Shown: positions 19,290-26,869, counted from the stretch's first letter. The stretch: 32,000 nt of DNA from Pyrobaculum aerophilum str. IM2 (GCF_000007225.1 NC_003364.1:1800001-1832000), one strand, 5' to 3'. Notes: generated from the sequence alone by a model not told the origin. Numbers and translations: made by a program.

Positions 19290-19307
19290 TCACGCTTTTT
19301 AAGCTTT
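19290..19307 (-). promoter_or_regulatory. tRNA promoter box AAAGCTTAAAAAGCGTGA
   Basis: The TATA core lies 21-27 nt upstream of the tRNA-Val(GAC) 5' end. The box is conserved at all five tRNAs in the window. Confidence 0.65.
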
Positions 19308-19424
19308 ACCCTTGGCGTCAACACGGCTGGAGCGGGCAATTTGCCTCCCGATTGGCTGGAGGCGTTGCAAATTGCGCAATTTAGCGCAGCGCCCACAAGT
19401 CAACACGCTAGCTGACGGCGGGAG

Positions 19425-19442
19425 AAAGCTTAAATAACGTGA
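19425..19442 (+). promoter_or_regulatory. tRNA promoter box AAAGCTTAAATAACGTGA
   Basis: It ends 14 nt before the tRNA-Lys(CUU) 5' end and has the same consensus as the other tRNA promoters. Confidence 0.65.
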
Positions 19443-19456
19443 GATGTAGCTCTCCG

Positions 19457-19530
19457 GGGCCCGTAGCTCAGCCTGGTAGAGCGGCGGGCTCTTAACCCGT
19501 AGGTCGTGGGTTCGAATCCCACCGGGCCCG
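19457..19530 (+). tRNA. tRNA-Lys (CUU), intron-less
   Basis: GGGCCCG TA GCTC AGCCTGGTA GAGC G GCGGG CTCTTAA CCCGT AGGTC GTGGG TTCGAAT CCCAC CGGGCCC G. Confidence 0.9.
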
Positions 19531-19969
19531 CTACGACGTTTTTCAGCTAAACAACCGCTTAGGTAAAGTGTTAACGCCTGTTCTTTCTAGTCTTAAAAAT
19601 TCGATTGAATGTCGTCTATCAACTGTTTACGCTTCTTGGGCTGTTTGTAACTTTTAAACGAGGCCCCATGTCGTGGCTACGCGGCCTTGTCGGTTCTACA
19701 ATACATAACTACTACAGCTCATACTGTTCCTAATGACGTTGTTTAATTAAACTTTTCTCCGGCGCCGATCCTTCCGGTTATCAAACTAGAGACATCCCGC
19801 GCTTTAAGGCTGTTGCATATGCATTGTGAGTGGGCGCCTGTTTTGTGACATGACATTGTCAAGCCCTCAGTAATCTCCTTGTGATCATAATATCAGTTAC
19901 GCCGTTTATTTGCGTTATAGCCCTTGGGCGGTGGCGGTTTATTCCATTGCGTAAAGGATTGAACGCACT

Positions 19970-20362
19970 CTACAGAAGTTGGCTACAACTACGACGTGCT
20001 TTCAATACCTCTTCCTCACTGGGCTCCCGGCCGGCCTGTTCTCTAAATATCTTAATTATAGCCTCATCAAGAGGAAGCCCCTTGTTCACGTAAAACCTCC
20101 TCTTAAGTGCGTAGAAGTTGTAAATGAGGCCAACTCTCTCTAAGACTGTAAGATGCCAGCACACCTCGCCGTATGCCATGTTGAAAACTCTTTCTAACTC
20201 CCTAGGCCAACTATATCCCCTTTCTCTAATGTAGTCATAAATTGCCCTCCTCCTTGCATTTGATAACGCTTCAAGAGGTTTGACAAACCTTGTGTAGAGT
20301 GGCGCGATGACAGCAAACAACTTTTTGACAATCTCTTCGCGTGTGAGTAGGATATATAGCAA
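19970..20362 (-). CDS. Winged helix-turn-helix transcriptional regulator (ArsR-like)
   Basis: 130 aa. RRRAIYDYIRERGYSWPRELERVFNMAYGEVCWHLTVLERVGLIYNF is a typical wHTH core. It sits in the low-GC islet downstream of tRNA-Lys. Confidence 0.6.
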   Translation of the reverse strand: MLYILLTREEIVKKLFAVIAPLYTRFVKPLEALSNARRRAIYDYIRERGYSWPRELERVFNMAYGEVCWHLTVLERVGLIYNFYALKRRFYVNKGLPLDEAIIKIFREQAGREPSEEEVLKARRSCSQLL

Positions 20363-20388
20363 CTGCCAGGAGGATTAGGGGGTAGTAC

Positions 20389-20607
20389 ATGATAGTAAAA
20401 ACCACGCTTACTGGCGCGGGCGCCTCCACTCCGGCGTATAGGGAAAAACCTCTCGAAAAAACCTCCACCTTGGCTACTCCGTCTACCGTAGCTGGCGTTG
20501 TAATATCCATACCTACATCAGCCGCCCCCGGCATCTACAGTGTTGTAATAAAAGCCACCAGCGGCTCTGTTACTAAACATCATACAATAAATATAATAGT
20601 ATCATAA
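20389..20607 (+). CDS. Small ORF, possibly a remnant of an Ig-like surface-protein domain
   Basis: 72 aa ending ...PTSAAPGIYSVVIKATSGSVTKHHTINIIVS, a beta-sandwich-like pattern. There is no signal peptide or clear promoter, and it overlaps an antisense ORF. Confidence 0.25.
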   Translation: MIVKTTLTGAGASTPAYREKPLEKTSTLATPSTVAGVVISIPTSAAPGIYSVVIKATSGSVTKHHTINIIVS

Positions 20608-20962
20608 AATTAATTTTTTATTTTTAAACTAATCTTTTTTGCACGATTGAGATTATTTAATAGGAGAAACCGCATTTTTAATCAAGACTAAAATGGAGAA
20701 TTTTTCAGAAGTCCTTATTGAAATATGAAGGTCAGATCGTCTATGGCATATTGTATACCGGCTGTTTGATGGTGATTTCTCCCAGTTAGCCGAACAGTTT
20801 TGAAGAACTGTCAGAGTCGTAAGAATTGATGTCGTTAGAAACAGACTGTTAGTGGACATGGAAACTGGACGAATAAGGAGCGAACGGCGAGAAGGAGACA
20901 CGTGAAAATAGACGGATACACAGCTACGTGGGAAAGTGCAGTGAGATATCTTTATAAACGAC

Positions 20963-22618
20963 TTGTGGAGGGCTGGTGTGGATATTTGGTTTGTGGCCAC
21001 TGTCTCTGCGGTATTAGCCGCGGTGACTCTTAGCTTTAAGTACAGAGCCGATATTATCGCGTTTGTAAGCCTCATGGCGTTAGTACTAGTCGGCGTATAT
21101 GACTTGAGGGAGGCATTGAGCTACTTAATCAGCCCAGCCGTAATAGTACTGTTCGGGTCAATGGTCATTAGCGGGGTTATAGCTGACTCTGGGCTACTGG
21201 ACAGAGTGGCGCGTTACATATCTGTTAGAGTGCGCCATGTAGCAACGGCGTCGTTACTTCTCTACTTCGTAGCCGGCGTGGCGTCAGGTTTTGTCTCCGA
21301 CGTGGCTATAGTCCTCGCCATGGCTGTTTTAATAGGCGATGTGGCTAAACGTCTCGGCGCTTCTCCAGCGGCGTATGTAATACCGCTTGCCTTCGCAGCG
21401 GCCATAGGAGGTAGGCTCACCATGGTGGGAAACGCAGGCAATGTGATACTCCTAGATATTTACCAAACAACTACGGGAGAGAAGTTAAATATCCTAGCCT
21501 TTACAGCCCCAGCTCTCTTGGCCCTTGCGATCTCAGTCCCCCTGCTATTGTTAATATCGTTTTATGCCCAGAGATTTGTCCCCCAATTGTCAACTGCTGT
21601 TAAATTTCTCGTAGTCACAACAGAAGTAGGGGAGACACTTGATGGAAAAACAAGGCAAGAGGTAGAAAAGGCGTATAGGGTAAAGATATTAACTAAAGAC
21701 CGAATCTTACTCAAATACTCCACAGTGTTGGTAAAAATTGCCGTTAGCGACATACCCTCTTTCATGACTTCTAAAGATCTAATCCTCAGACCGTTGGGCA
21801 ACAACAAAGGGGAACACATGGAGTTTTTAATAGTAACTCAGAGATCTAGACTAGTAGGAAAAACTCTAGCGCTAGAACCAATTCACAACGTCTTCCCAGT
21901 TTCAATAATAGGAATTGTCCCCAGCGGACCAGTGGAAAGCCTTGAGTCGTACGTTTTTAGACCAGGAGACGAGATATTAGTTCTAGGCGACGAAAAAGTC
22001 ATAGAGAGAATTGCGGCGTATTACCGCCTTGAGAGATCAAAGACGTTAGTAAAGGCGTTTAACCCGCGGCTTGCTGCATCGGGTATTAGCGGCCTCTTTG
22101 CTGCCGTGGTGTTAAGCCAGTTCGCGCCTGCCTCCCTGGCGTTTATAATAGGTACATTCATAGCGCTACTTGGCGGCGGCAAAGCTGTTGAGCGACTTTA
22201 TCAATATGTTTCGTGGGAAACTCTTATATACGTCGGGTCATTCCTCGCCATTGGCACCGCCGCTGCGAGAATAGATTTGTTAAAACCAATTACGCCGCTT
22301 TTAAATTCCCCGGAATATCTCTTCGTCATAGGGCTCTTTCTCACCAACACACTGGGCCTAATCCCGTCGGCGGTACTAATAGGGCCCTACTTAACCACTA
22401 AAGAAATGCTCATGACCTACGTCCTAGCAACTATCCCCATACTACTACCCCCAGCCCACCCCGCGATTTATCTCATATACAGAGAATACGGCCTCTCCAT
22501 AAAAGACTTCTTAAAAATCTCAATTCCCGCGACAGCCATTGCGATTCTAGCAACGGGAATCGCCGTATACCTCTACTACAACCTTCCTATTCAGACCCCC
22601 ATTTTCCAGTTGCCCTAA
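20963..22618 (+). CDS. Anion permease (SLC13/DASS-like) with central TrkA-C (RCK_C) domains
   Basis: 551 aa. Two polytopic membrane halves flank a soluble segment with TrkA-C-like patterns (...LVGKTLALEPIH...FRPGDEILVLGDEKVIERI). A TATA box tttataaa (20951-20958) favours the GTG at 20978 as the real start. Confidence 0.8.
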   Translation: MWRAGVDIWFVATVSAVLAAVTLSFKYRADIIAFVSLMALVLVGVYDLREALSYLISPAVIVLFGSMVISGVIADSGLLDRVARYISVRVRHVATASLLLYFVAGVASGFVSDVAIVLAMAVLIGDVAKRLGASPAAYVIPLAFAAAIGGRLTMVGNAGNVILLDIYQTTTGEKLNILAFTAPALLALAISVPLLLLISFYAQRFVPQLSTAVKFLVVTTEVGETLDGKTRQEVEKAYRVKILTKDRILLKYSTVLVKIAVSDIPSFMTSKDLILRPLGNNKGEHMEFLIVTQRSRLVGKTLALEPIHNVFPVSIIGIVPSGPVESLESYVFRPGDEILVLGDEKVIERIAAYYRLERSKTLVKAFNPRLAASGISGLFAAVVLSQFAPASLAFIIGTFIALLGGGKAVERLYQYVSWETLIYVGSFLAIGTAAARIDLLKPITPLLNSPEYLFVIGLFLTNTLGLIPSAVLIGPYLTTKEMLMTYVLATIPILLPPAHPAIYLIYREYGLSIKDFLKISIPATAIAILATGIAVYLYYNLPIQTPIFQLP

Positions 22619-23351
22619 CTCTTCTCAACGCACCTCTCGCTATGTAAAGGGAAAACGCATATAGACAAGCCGTAATGACTACACCTAATCCCAGTGTTTT
22701 AACTGGGTCTCCCAGCCAAGAACCTGTGGCGGAGTATATAAGGGGGGCAATTACGTAGTGGAGAGGTGAGTATAGGAGCCAGTGCGCCACCTCTGGTGGC
22801 ATAGCTGTGGGGGGTATCATGCCCCCCGAAAGCGGGATAGTCCACTGGAGTATATTTGCCGCTAGTCCTGGGTTCCTCAATCTGGTGAAAAAGAGCGTTG
22901 CTGCGGTTGTTATACACGTGGCGGATGTTATGAAAATAAATAGGGCGATTATGAAATACAACGGTTGCGCTAAAGGGGGCAAATCGCCGAATAATATGTA
23001 GTACAGCGCTATTTGTGCGGCTACCGCCGGCAGAGCCAACGCCGCTGAGACAAGCGACGTTGTTATTAAATACTTATGAAAGTCGGCTGGTGAGGCAATG
23101 AGGTAATCGGCCACACCGCTTTTTATGTAGTTATTAAAACCGGCCGCCCCCCACGTCAGTTGGGAGAAAATCGCCAAGACAACGAAGCCCCAGAAGATAA
23201 AACGGGCGGCCACAGCGGCCTCGCCGCCATACCAGGCAATTGCAAGGAGCAACACTATAACCCACAAGGCGTTTACCACTAAGTTTATAATGTAGTAGAG
23301 AAGGCGGCGCGATCTCCAAGCCAGCCAAAACTCTCTGGCTAAGCTAAACAT
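22587..23351 (-). CDS. ABC-2 type transporter permease
   Basis: 254 aa with about six hydrophobic spans. It overlaps the upstream permease by 8 nt. Confidence 0.7.
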   Translation of the reverse strand: MFSLAREFWLAWRSRRLLYYIINLVVNALWVIVLLLAIAWYGGEAAVAARFIFWGFVVLAIFSQLTWGAAGFNNYIKSGVADYLIASPADFHKYLITTSLVSAALALPAVAAQIALYYILFGDLPPLAQPLYFIIALFIFITSATCITTAATLFFTRLRNPGLAANILQWTIPLSGGMIPPTAMPPEVAHWLLYSPLHYVIAPLIYSATGSWLGDPVKTLGLGVVITACLYAFSLYIARGALRRVRATGKWGSE

Positions 23352-24111
23352 AATACCTGCCGAAAGCCCTCATAGTCCCTATTAAAATACTCCAGATAAA
23401 CACGCCCAGGGCGAAGTACAGCATATACCCCCCGATGGGGCCTAATAGGCGGATGGGCGCTTGTAAGTTCAACGCCACCATCTTCACGAACTCAGCCCAC
23501 GTGGCAAAGGGCAACAACGCAGAGATTAGTTGCAGAGCCTCCGGCAGAATTGAGGCTGGGTACAACACGCCGCCGAAAAACACAACGCCCACGTTAAGCA
23601 ACGACGTAATAGGCGAGGGGTCTCGCAGAGAGGGGAGTAGGTAGGCCAGGGCAAGGGTTATGCCAATAAGGGGGAGCGATAAAGCCGCGGCTATGAACAC
23701 TGAGAGCAACGTGGCTATGCCGTAGGCAAGACCTTTAATTGCGGCGACGACTACCGCCGCAGAGAGAGCAAAGCCGGAGCCAAAGACGGCGAGTTGCACG
23801 ACGTAATAAGCGACAAGCAACAATAGGGGATGAGTAGGAGACGCCAAAAGGTATTCCAACTGGCCCCCCGCCATTAAGTTGTAGAGCTCCCATAGAAAAG
23901 AAGAAGTGGCCATCTGCGCCACCATTAAGAGGACGAGGCCGACCATCTGGTATAAAAACTTGTCGAGATCCGCTCTACCCTCAGTCGTCACCCAGCCCAC
24001 CGCGTATAACAACCCGCTTAGGAGAGGCGCCAATAGAGAGAAGCCAAGGGATAGGGCGAAATACCTCGTGTAGTACCTAACCGCGAGGTAGAGGCCGGCC
24101 CTCATAAGCAC
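23344..24111 (-). CDS. ABC-2 type transporter permease
   Basis: 255 aa, polytopic. It overlaps the ATPase gene end by 35 nt. Confidence 0.7.
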   Translation of the reverse strand: MLMRAGLYLAVRYYTRYFALSLGFSLLAPLLSGLLYAVGWVTTEGRADLDKFLYQMVGLVLLMVAQMATSSFLWELYNLMAGGQLEYLLASPTHPLLLLVAYYVVQLAVFGSGFALSAAVVVAAIKGLAYGIATLLSVFIAAALSLPLIGITLALAYLLPSLRDPSPITSLLNVGVVFFGGVLYPASILPEALQLISALLPFATWAEFVKMVALNLQAPIRLLGPIGGYMLYFALGVFIWSILIGTMRAFGRYYV

Positions 24112-25009
24112 CTATGGTCTTAACCACTACTTCCTCAAGGGGAGGCTCTTTAACATAAGCCTCAATTACAGAACAGCCCTCCTCGGCGGCCTTCTTAACC
24201 AATTCCGCTAAGACATTGCCGCCCCCGTAGCTGGAAAAAGCCCTCTCGCCATCTCTACACACTGCCCTAACATACGCCATGGGTTTAAAGCCGAGTTTAC
24301 GCTTAAGCTCCTCGGGCGCCCCCCTCGCCACAATGCGCCCGTTTATAATAATAGCCACTTCGTCTGAAAGCTCCTCCACCTCGTATAAGTTATGTGAAGT
24401 GAAGAGAATAGCCCTACCATCCCTCTTGAGGCCTCTAATCACATCTCTAATCTTCCTGGCGCCCACTGGATCAATCCCTACTGTGGGCTCGTCGAGGAGC
24501 AAAAACTCCGGGTTACTAATAAGCGCCTTCGCCAGCCCTAGCCTGGCCCGCATGCCAGCGCTGTACTCCTCATATGGCCGATTCCTAACCTCCCACAGCC
24601 CCACCAGCTCTAAAAGCTCTAACGCCCTGCGCCGAGCCTCCCTCTTGCTTAAGCCGTATAACATGCCGTAGTAAATCAAATTCTCAACCCCCGAGAGCCT
24701 TCCGAAAAACCCTTTGTCTGGGTATAACATCAAGCCGATAATTTTCTTTACCCTATGCGCCTCTCTTACTACATCTAAGCCGCCAATAAAAGCAGACCCC
24801 TCATCCGGCAACAAGAGAGTGGAAAAAATCTTCACAAGAGTAGTCTTCCCAGCGCCGTTGGGCCCCACGAGAGACCACAAACGCCCCTTTTCTATCTCCA
24901 CATCTACGCCGGCGAGGGCCTCCACTACTTTAAGCCTAGTTTTAAAAAGGCCTATCCTCTCCTTGGAGACAAACCTCTTTTTAAGACCAACGCCCACCAC
25001 AAAAGCCAC
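24077..25009 (-). CDS. ABC transporter ATP-binding protein (DrrA/ABC-2 subfamily)
   Basis: Walker A GPNGAGKTT, signature YSAGMRARL, Walker B LLLDEPTVGIDP, H-loop TSHNL. The start is GTG, with the TATA box gttatttattg about 25 nt upstream. Confidence 0.9.
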   Translation of the reverse strand: MAFVVGVGLKKRFVSKERIGLFKTRLKVVEALAGVDVEIEKGRLWSLVGPNGAGKTTLVKIFSTLLLPDEGSAFIGGLDVVREAHRVKKIIGLMLYPDKGFFGRLSGVENLIYYGMLYGLSKREARRRALELLELVGLWEVRNRPYEEYSAGMRARLGLAKALISNPEFLLLDEPTVGIDPVGARKIRDVIRGLKRDGRAILFTSHNLYEVEELSDEVAIIINGRIVARGAPEELKRKLGFKPMAYVRAVCRDGERAFSSYGGGNVLAELVKKAAEEGCSVIEAYVKEPPLEEVVVKTIGAYEGRPLPRG

Positions 25010-25070
25010 GGTGAGGAGTCTGAGGCAATAAATAACCTTTCCAGTAAAGCCGATTTTACAATCCGTGGGA

Positions 25071-25089
25071 AAATTTGTAAAACAAATTT
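25071..25089. promoter_or_regulatory. Perfect 7-bp inverted repeat AAATTTG-N5-CAAATTT upstream of the ABC operon
   Basis: Read directly from the sequence. It lies 62-80 nt upstream of the ABC ATPase start, so it is a candidate operator. Confidence 0.3.
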
Positions 25090-25434
25090 AATAACAAACC
25101 GGCAATGCCGTGGACCACATATGGGTCACTCTGAAATCGCCGACCCGGAAAGGGTATGCCAGATAGGGGCCAAAGGCTTTGTAGATGCAGGCGCTACGAT
25201 TACTGTAATCCTGCGTAGTCTAGCAGAGAGCTAAGGGCTTAAAGTCGTGTCGAAATCAAAAGTCTAAACAAGTCGATGGCGTTGATAGATATCGGGGGGT
25301 AAGTCGGAGATGGTGCTTGAGCTCATCTCAGACGTTATTGACAAAGTTTTACTAGGCGTTACAACGCTGGAACCCGAGGTGGACCCAGTAGCAGGGTGTC
25401 TAAAAGAGAGAACTCTTCTTTTATACAAATTAAA

Positions 25435-25531
25435 TGGGCCCGCCGGGATTCGAACCCGGGACCACCCGCGCTCTTAGGCTGTTGCGGGTGCGCCATGTAA
25501 GGCGGGCATCATACCGCTAGACTACGGGCCC
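25435..25531 (-). tRNA. tRNA-Val (UAC) with a 25-nt canonical (37/38) intron
   Basis: The arms match tRNA-Val(GAC). Anticodon stem CCCGC/GCGGG with loop CTTACA|C results after removing 25471-25495 (TGGCGCACCCGCAACAGCCTAAGAG). Confidence 0.85.
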
Positions 25532-25543
25532 TGTAGTGACGTA

Positions 25544-25563
25544 TCACGCGCTTTTTAAGCTTT
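25544..25563 (-). promoter_or_regulatory. tRNA promoter box AAAGCTTAAAAAGCGCGTGA
   Basis: It lies upstream of the tRNA-Val(UAC) 5' end and matches the conserved consensus. Confidence 0.65.
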
Positions 25564-25712
25564 TTCATCCCTTTTTCACCATACGCCCGCCTCGGTTTAC
25601 CCTATCGCCTCGCGCGCCTCTCGCAAGCTTTTGGGGCGTGTTATGCCGCAGCTCTTACGCTTTCCTACTATCCGCAGGCGACAACCATATTACCCCCCAC
25701 GTTTTAATTCAC

Positions 25713-26315
25713 GTGTACGTCTTTGACCTAGACGGAACTCTTGTGGATTCTGTGGAGGCCCACATCGCGGCGTGGCTCGAGGCATTGAAAAATTTCGGCG
25801 TTGTAAAAAGCGTAGAGGAGGTTAAGCCTCTCATGGGCTTGCCGGCGACAGAAATCGCAAAGGCCTTAATGCCAGCCAGAGCAAGAGAGCTCGCCGCGGT
25901 TAAAAACGAGATATTCTTAAACAAATACCTATCTCTAGTCAAGGCCTATGAAGACGCCGCGGTATTAAAACTACTCCCGAGGCCTATAGCAGTAGTCACG
26001 TCTTCAAGCGGCCGCGTGGCCAGGAGGATATTGCAAGCAGTAGGGCTTTCGCAATACATAGACTTGGTAGTGGGAGGAGACGAAGTCCCCAGGGGGAAGC
26101 CGGCCCCAGATCCCCTCTACGTGGTAAGCAGAGAGTTCGGAGTGCCACCTAGGGAAATGATAGTAGTCGGCGATTCGGACTACGACATGGAAATGGCCGA
26201 AGCGGCGGGGGCATTTGGCGTGTGTATAGCCCGTAGGGCTCCCTGCCGCGGGGGGAAGAGGGTGATACACAGCCTTTACGAGCTAGCAACCGCCAGCCGC
26301 ACACACCGATTCTAA
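25713..26315 (+). CDS. HAD-superfamily hydrolase (phosphatase, PGP/beta-PGM-like)
   Basis: HAD motif I is FDLDGTLVDS, directly after the proposed GTG start. Motif II is VVTSS and motif IV is VGDSDYD. The track start at 25536 would run through the tRNA promoter and is unlikely. Confidence 0.8.
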   Translation: MYVFDLDGTLVDSVEAHIAAWLEALKNFGVVKSVEEVKPLMGLPATEIAKALMPARARELAAVKNEIFLNKYLSLVKAYEDAAVLKLLPRPIAVVTSSSGRVARRILQAVGLSQYIDLVVGGDEVPRGKPAPDPLYVVSREFGVPPREMIVVGDSDYDMEMAEAAGAFGVCIARRAPCRGGKRVIHSLYELATASRTHRF

Positions 26316-26394
26316 ATCTGCGGCGCAATTTACGCCGCGCCGCCGCAACAGCCTTTAAGTCGCACGGCTACGCACTGACGTAATAAAACGTAGA

Positions 26395-26483
26395 TGGGGC
26401 CGCCGGGATTTGAACCCGGGATCACGTGGGCTCTTGCCTCGCGGTCCCAAGCCACGCATCCTACCAGGCTAGACTACGGCCCC
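26395..26483 (-). tRNA. tRNA-Pro (UGG) with a 15-nt intron at or near 37/38
   Basis: GGGGCCG TA GTCT AGCCTGGTA GGAT G CGTGG CTTGGG[ACCGCGAGGCAAGAG]C CCACG TGATC CCGGG TTCAAAT CCCGG CGGCCCC A. The intron is 26431-26445. Confidence 0.85.
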
Positions 26484-26497
26484 GTTAGTCCTATATC

Positions 26498-26515
26498 TCA
26501 CGTTTTTTAAGCTTT
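26498..26515 (-). promoter_or_regulatory. tRNA promoter box AAAGCTTAAAAAACGTGA
   Basis: It lies upstream of the tRNA-Pro 5' end and matches the conserved consensus. Confidence 0.65.
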
Positions 26516-26566
26516 TTGCAGTAATGATGAACAGCCCTATATTGACGGCGGCAGAAATCCTCGATG

Positions 26567-26618
26567 CGGAGCCGCCGGGATTTGAACCCGGGAATTGGCA
26601 CTGCGTCGTGCCCCCTCC
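26567..26618 (-). other. Orphan tRNA 3'-half-like element (hairpin + variable loop + T-arm + acceptor 3' strand)
   Basis: The - strand reads GGAGGGG GCAC GACGCA GTGC C AATTC CCGGG TTCAAAT CCCGG CGGCTCC G. The T-arm matches the tRNA-Pro and tRNA-Val(GAC) T-arms. No D-arm or matching 5' acceptor strand occurs nearby. Confidence 0.6.
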
Positions 26619-26869
26619 GTGCTGGCGGTTAAAAAATGGGTTTAGGCGGTATGTTGCCCCGGGCTTTGGTTTTGTTAACTCGCCGGTCTTCCCTTTAGCC
26701 AGCTATCCACTGCGTCTTTCAGTCTTTTATAACGGCGCATGGCCTCTAAATGGCCAGCGTACAGCTGGTTTTTCCCTCTCTCAGCGGAGCGCCCATTAGC
26801 CTCTCCAAAACGGACTTGACAAGTCCGAGCACTGCGACAACAGCCTTGGGCTGGAAGTAAGCCGCAGAC

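Noticed and set aside
19861-19905. Possible C'/D half of a C/D sRNA on the - strand (ATGATCA-N11-CTGA)
   Set aside because: There is no acceptable C box upstream of the D' CTGA, so only half a motif exists.
20851-20869. Origin-recognition-box-like sequence (TCCAGTTTCCATGTCCACT on the - strand)
   Set aside because: It consists of direct TCCA repeats rather than the dyad TCCA-N-TGGA core. There is only a single copy, and no orc1/cdc6 gene is nearby.
26524-26799. 91-aa + strand ORF (MMNSPILTAAEILDAEPPGFEPGNWH...)
   Set aside because: The PPGFEPG text is only the antisense translation of a tRNA T-arm. The remainder is P/W/C-rich with no protein-like pattern. The region is treated as non-coding or RNA.
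26857-26864. GTAAGCCG, reminiscent (reverse strand CGGCTTAC) of the RNase P RNA CR-V region
   Set aside because: No CR-I (GAGGAAAGTCC) partner occurs anywhere in the window. The site is also immediately adjacent to the 3' end of the 87-aa ORF.
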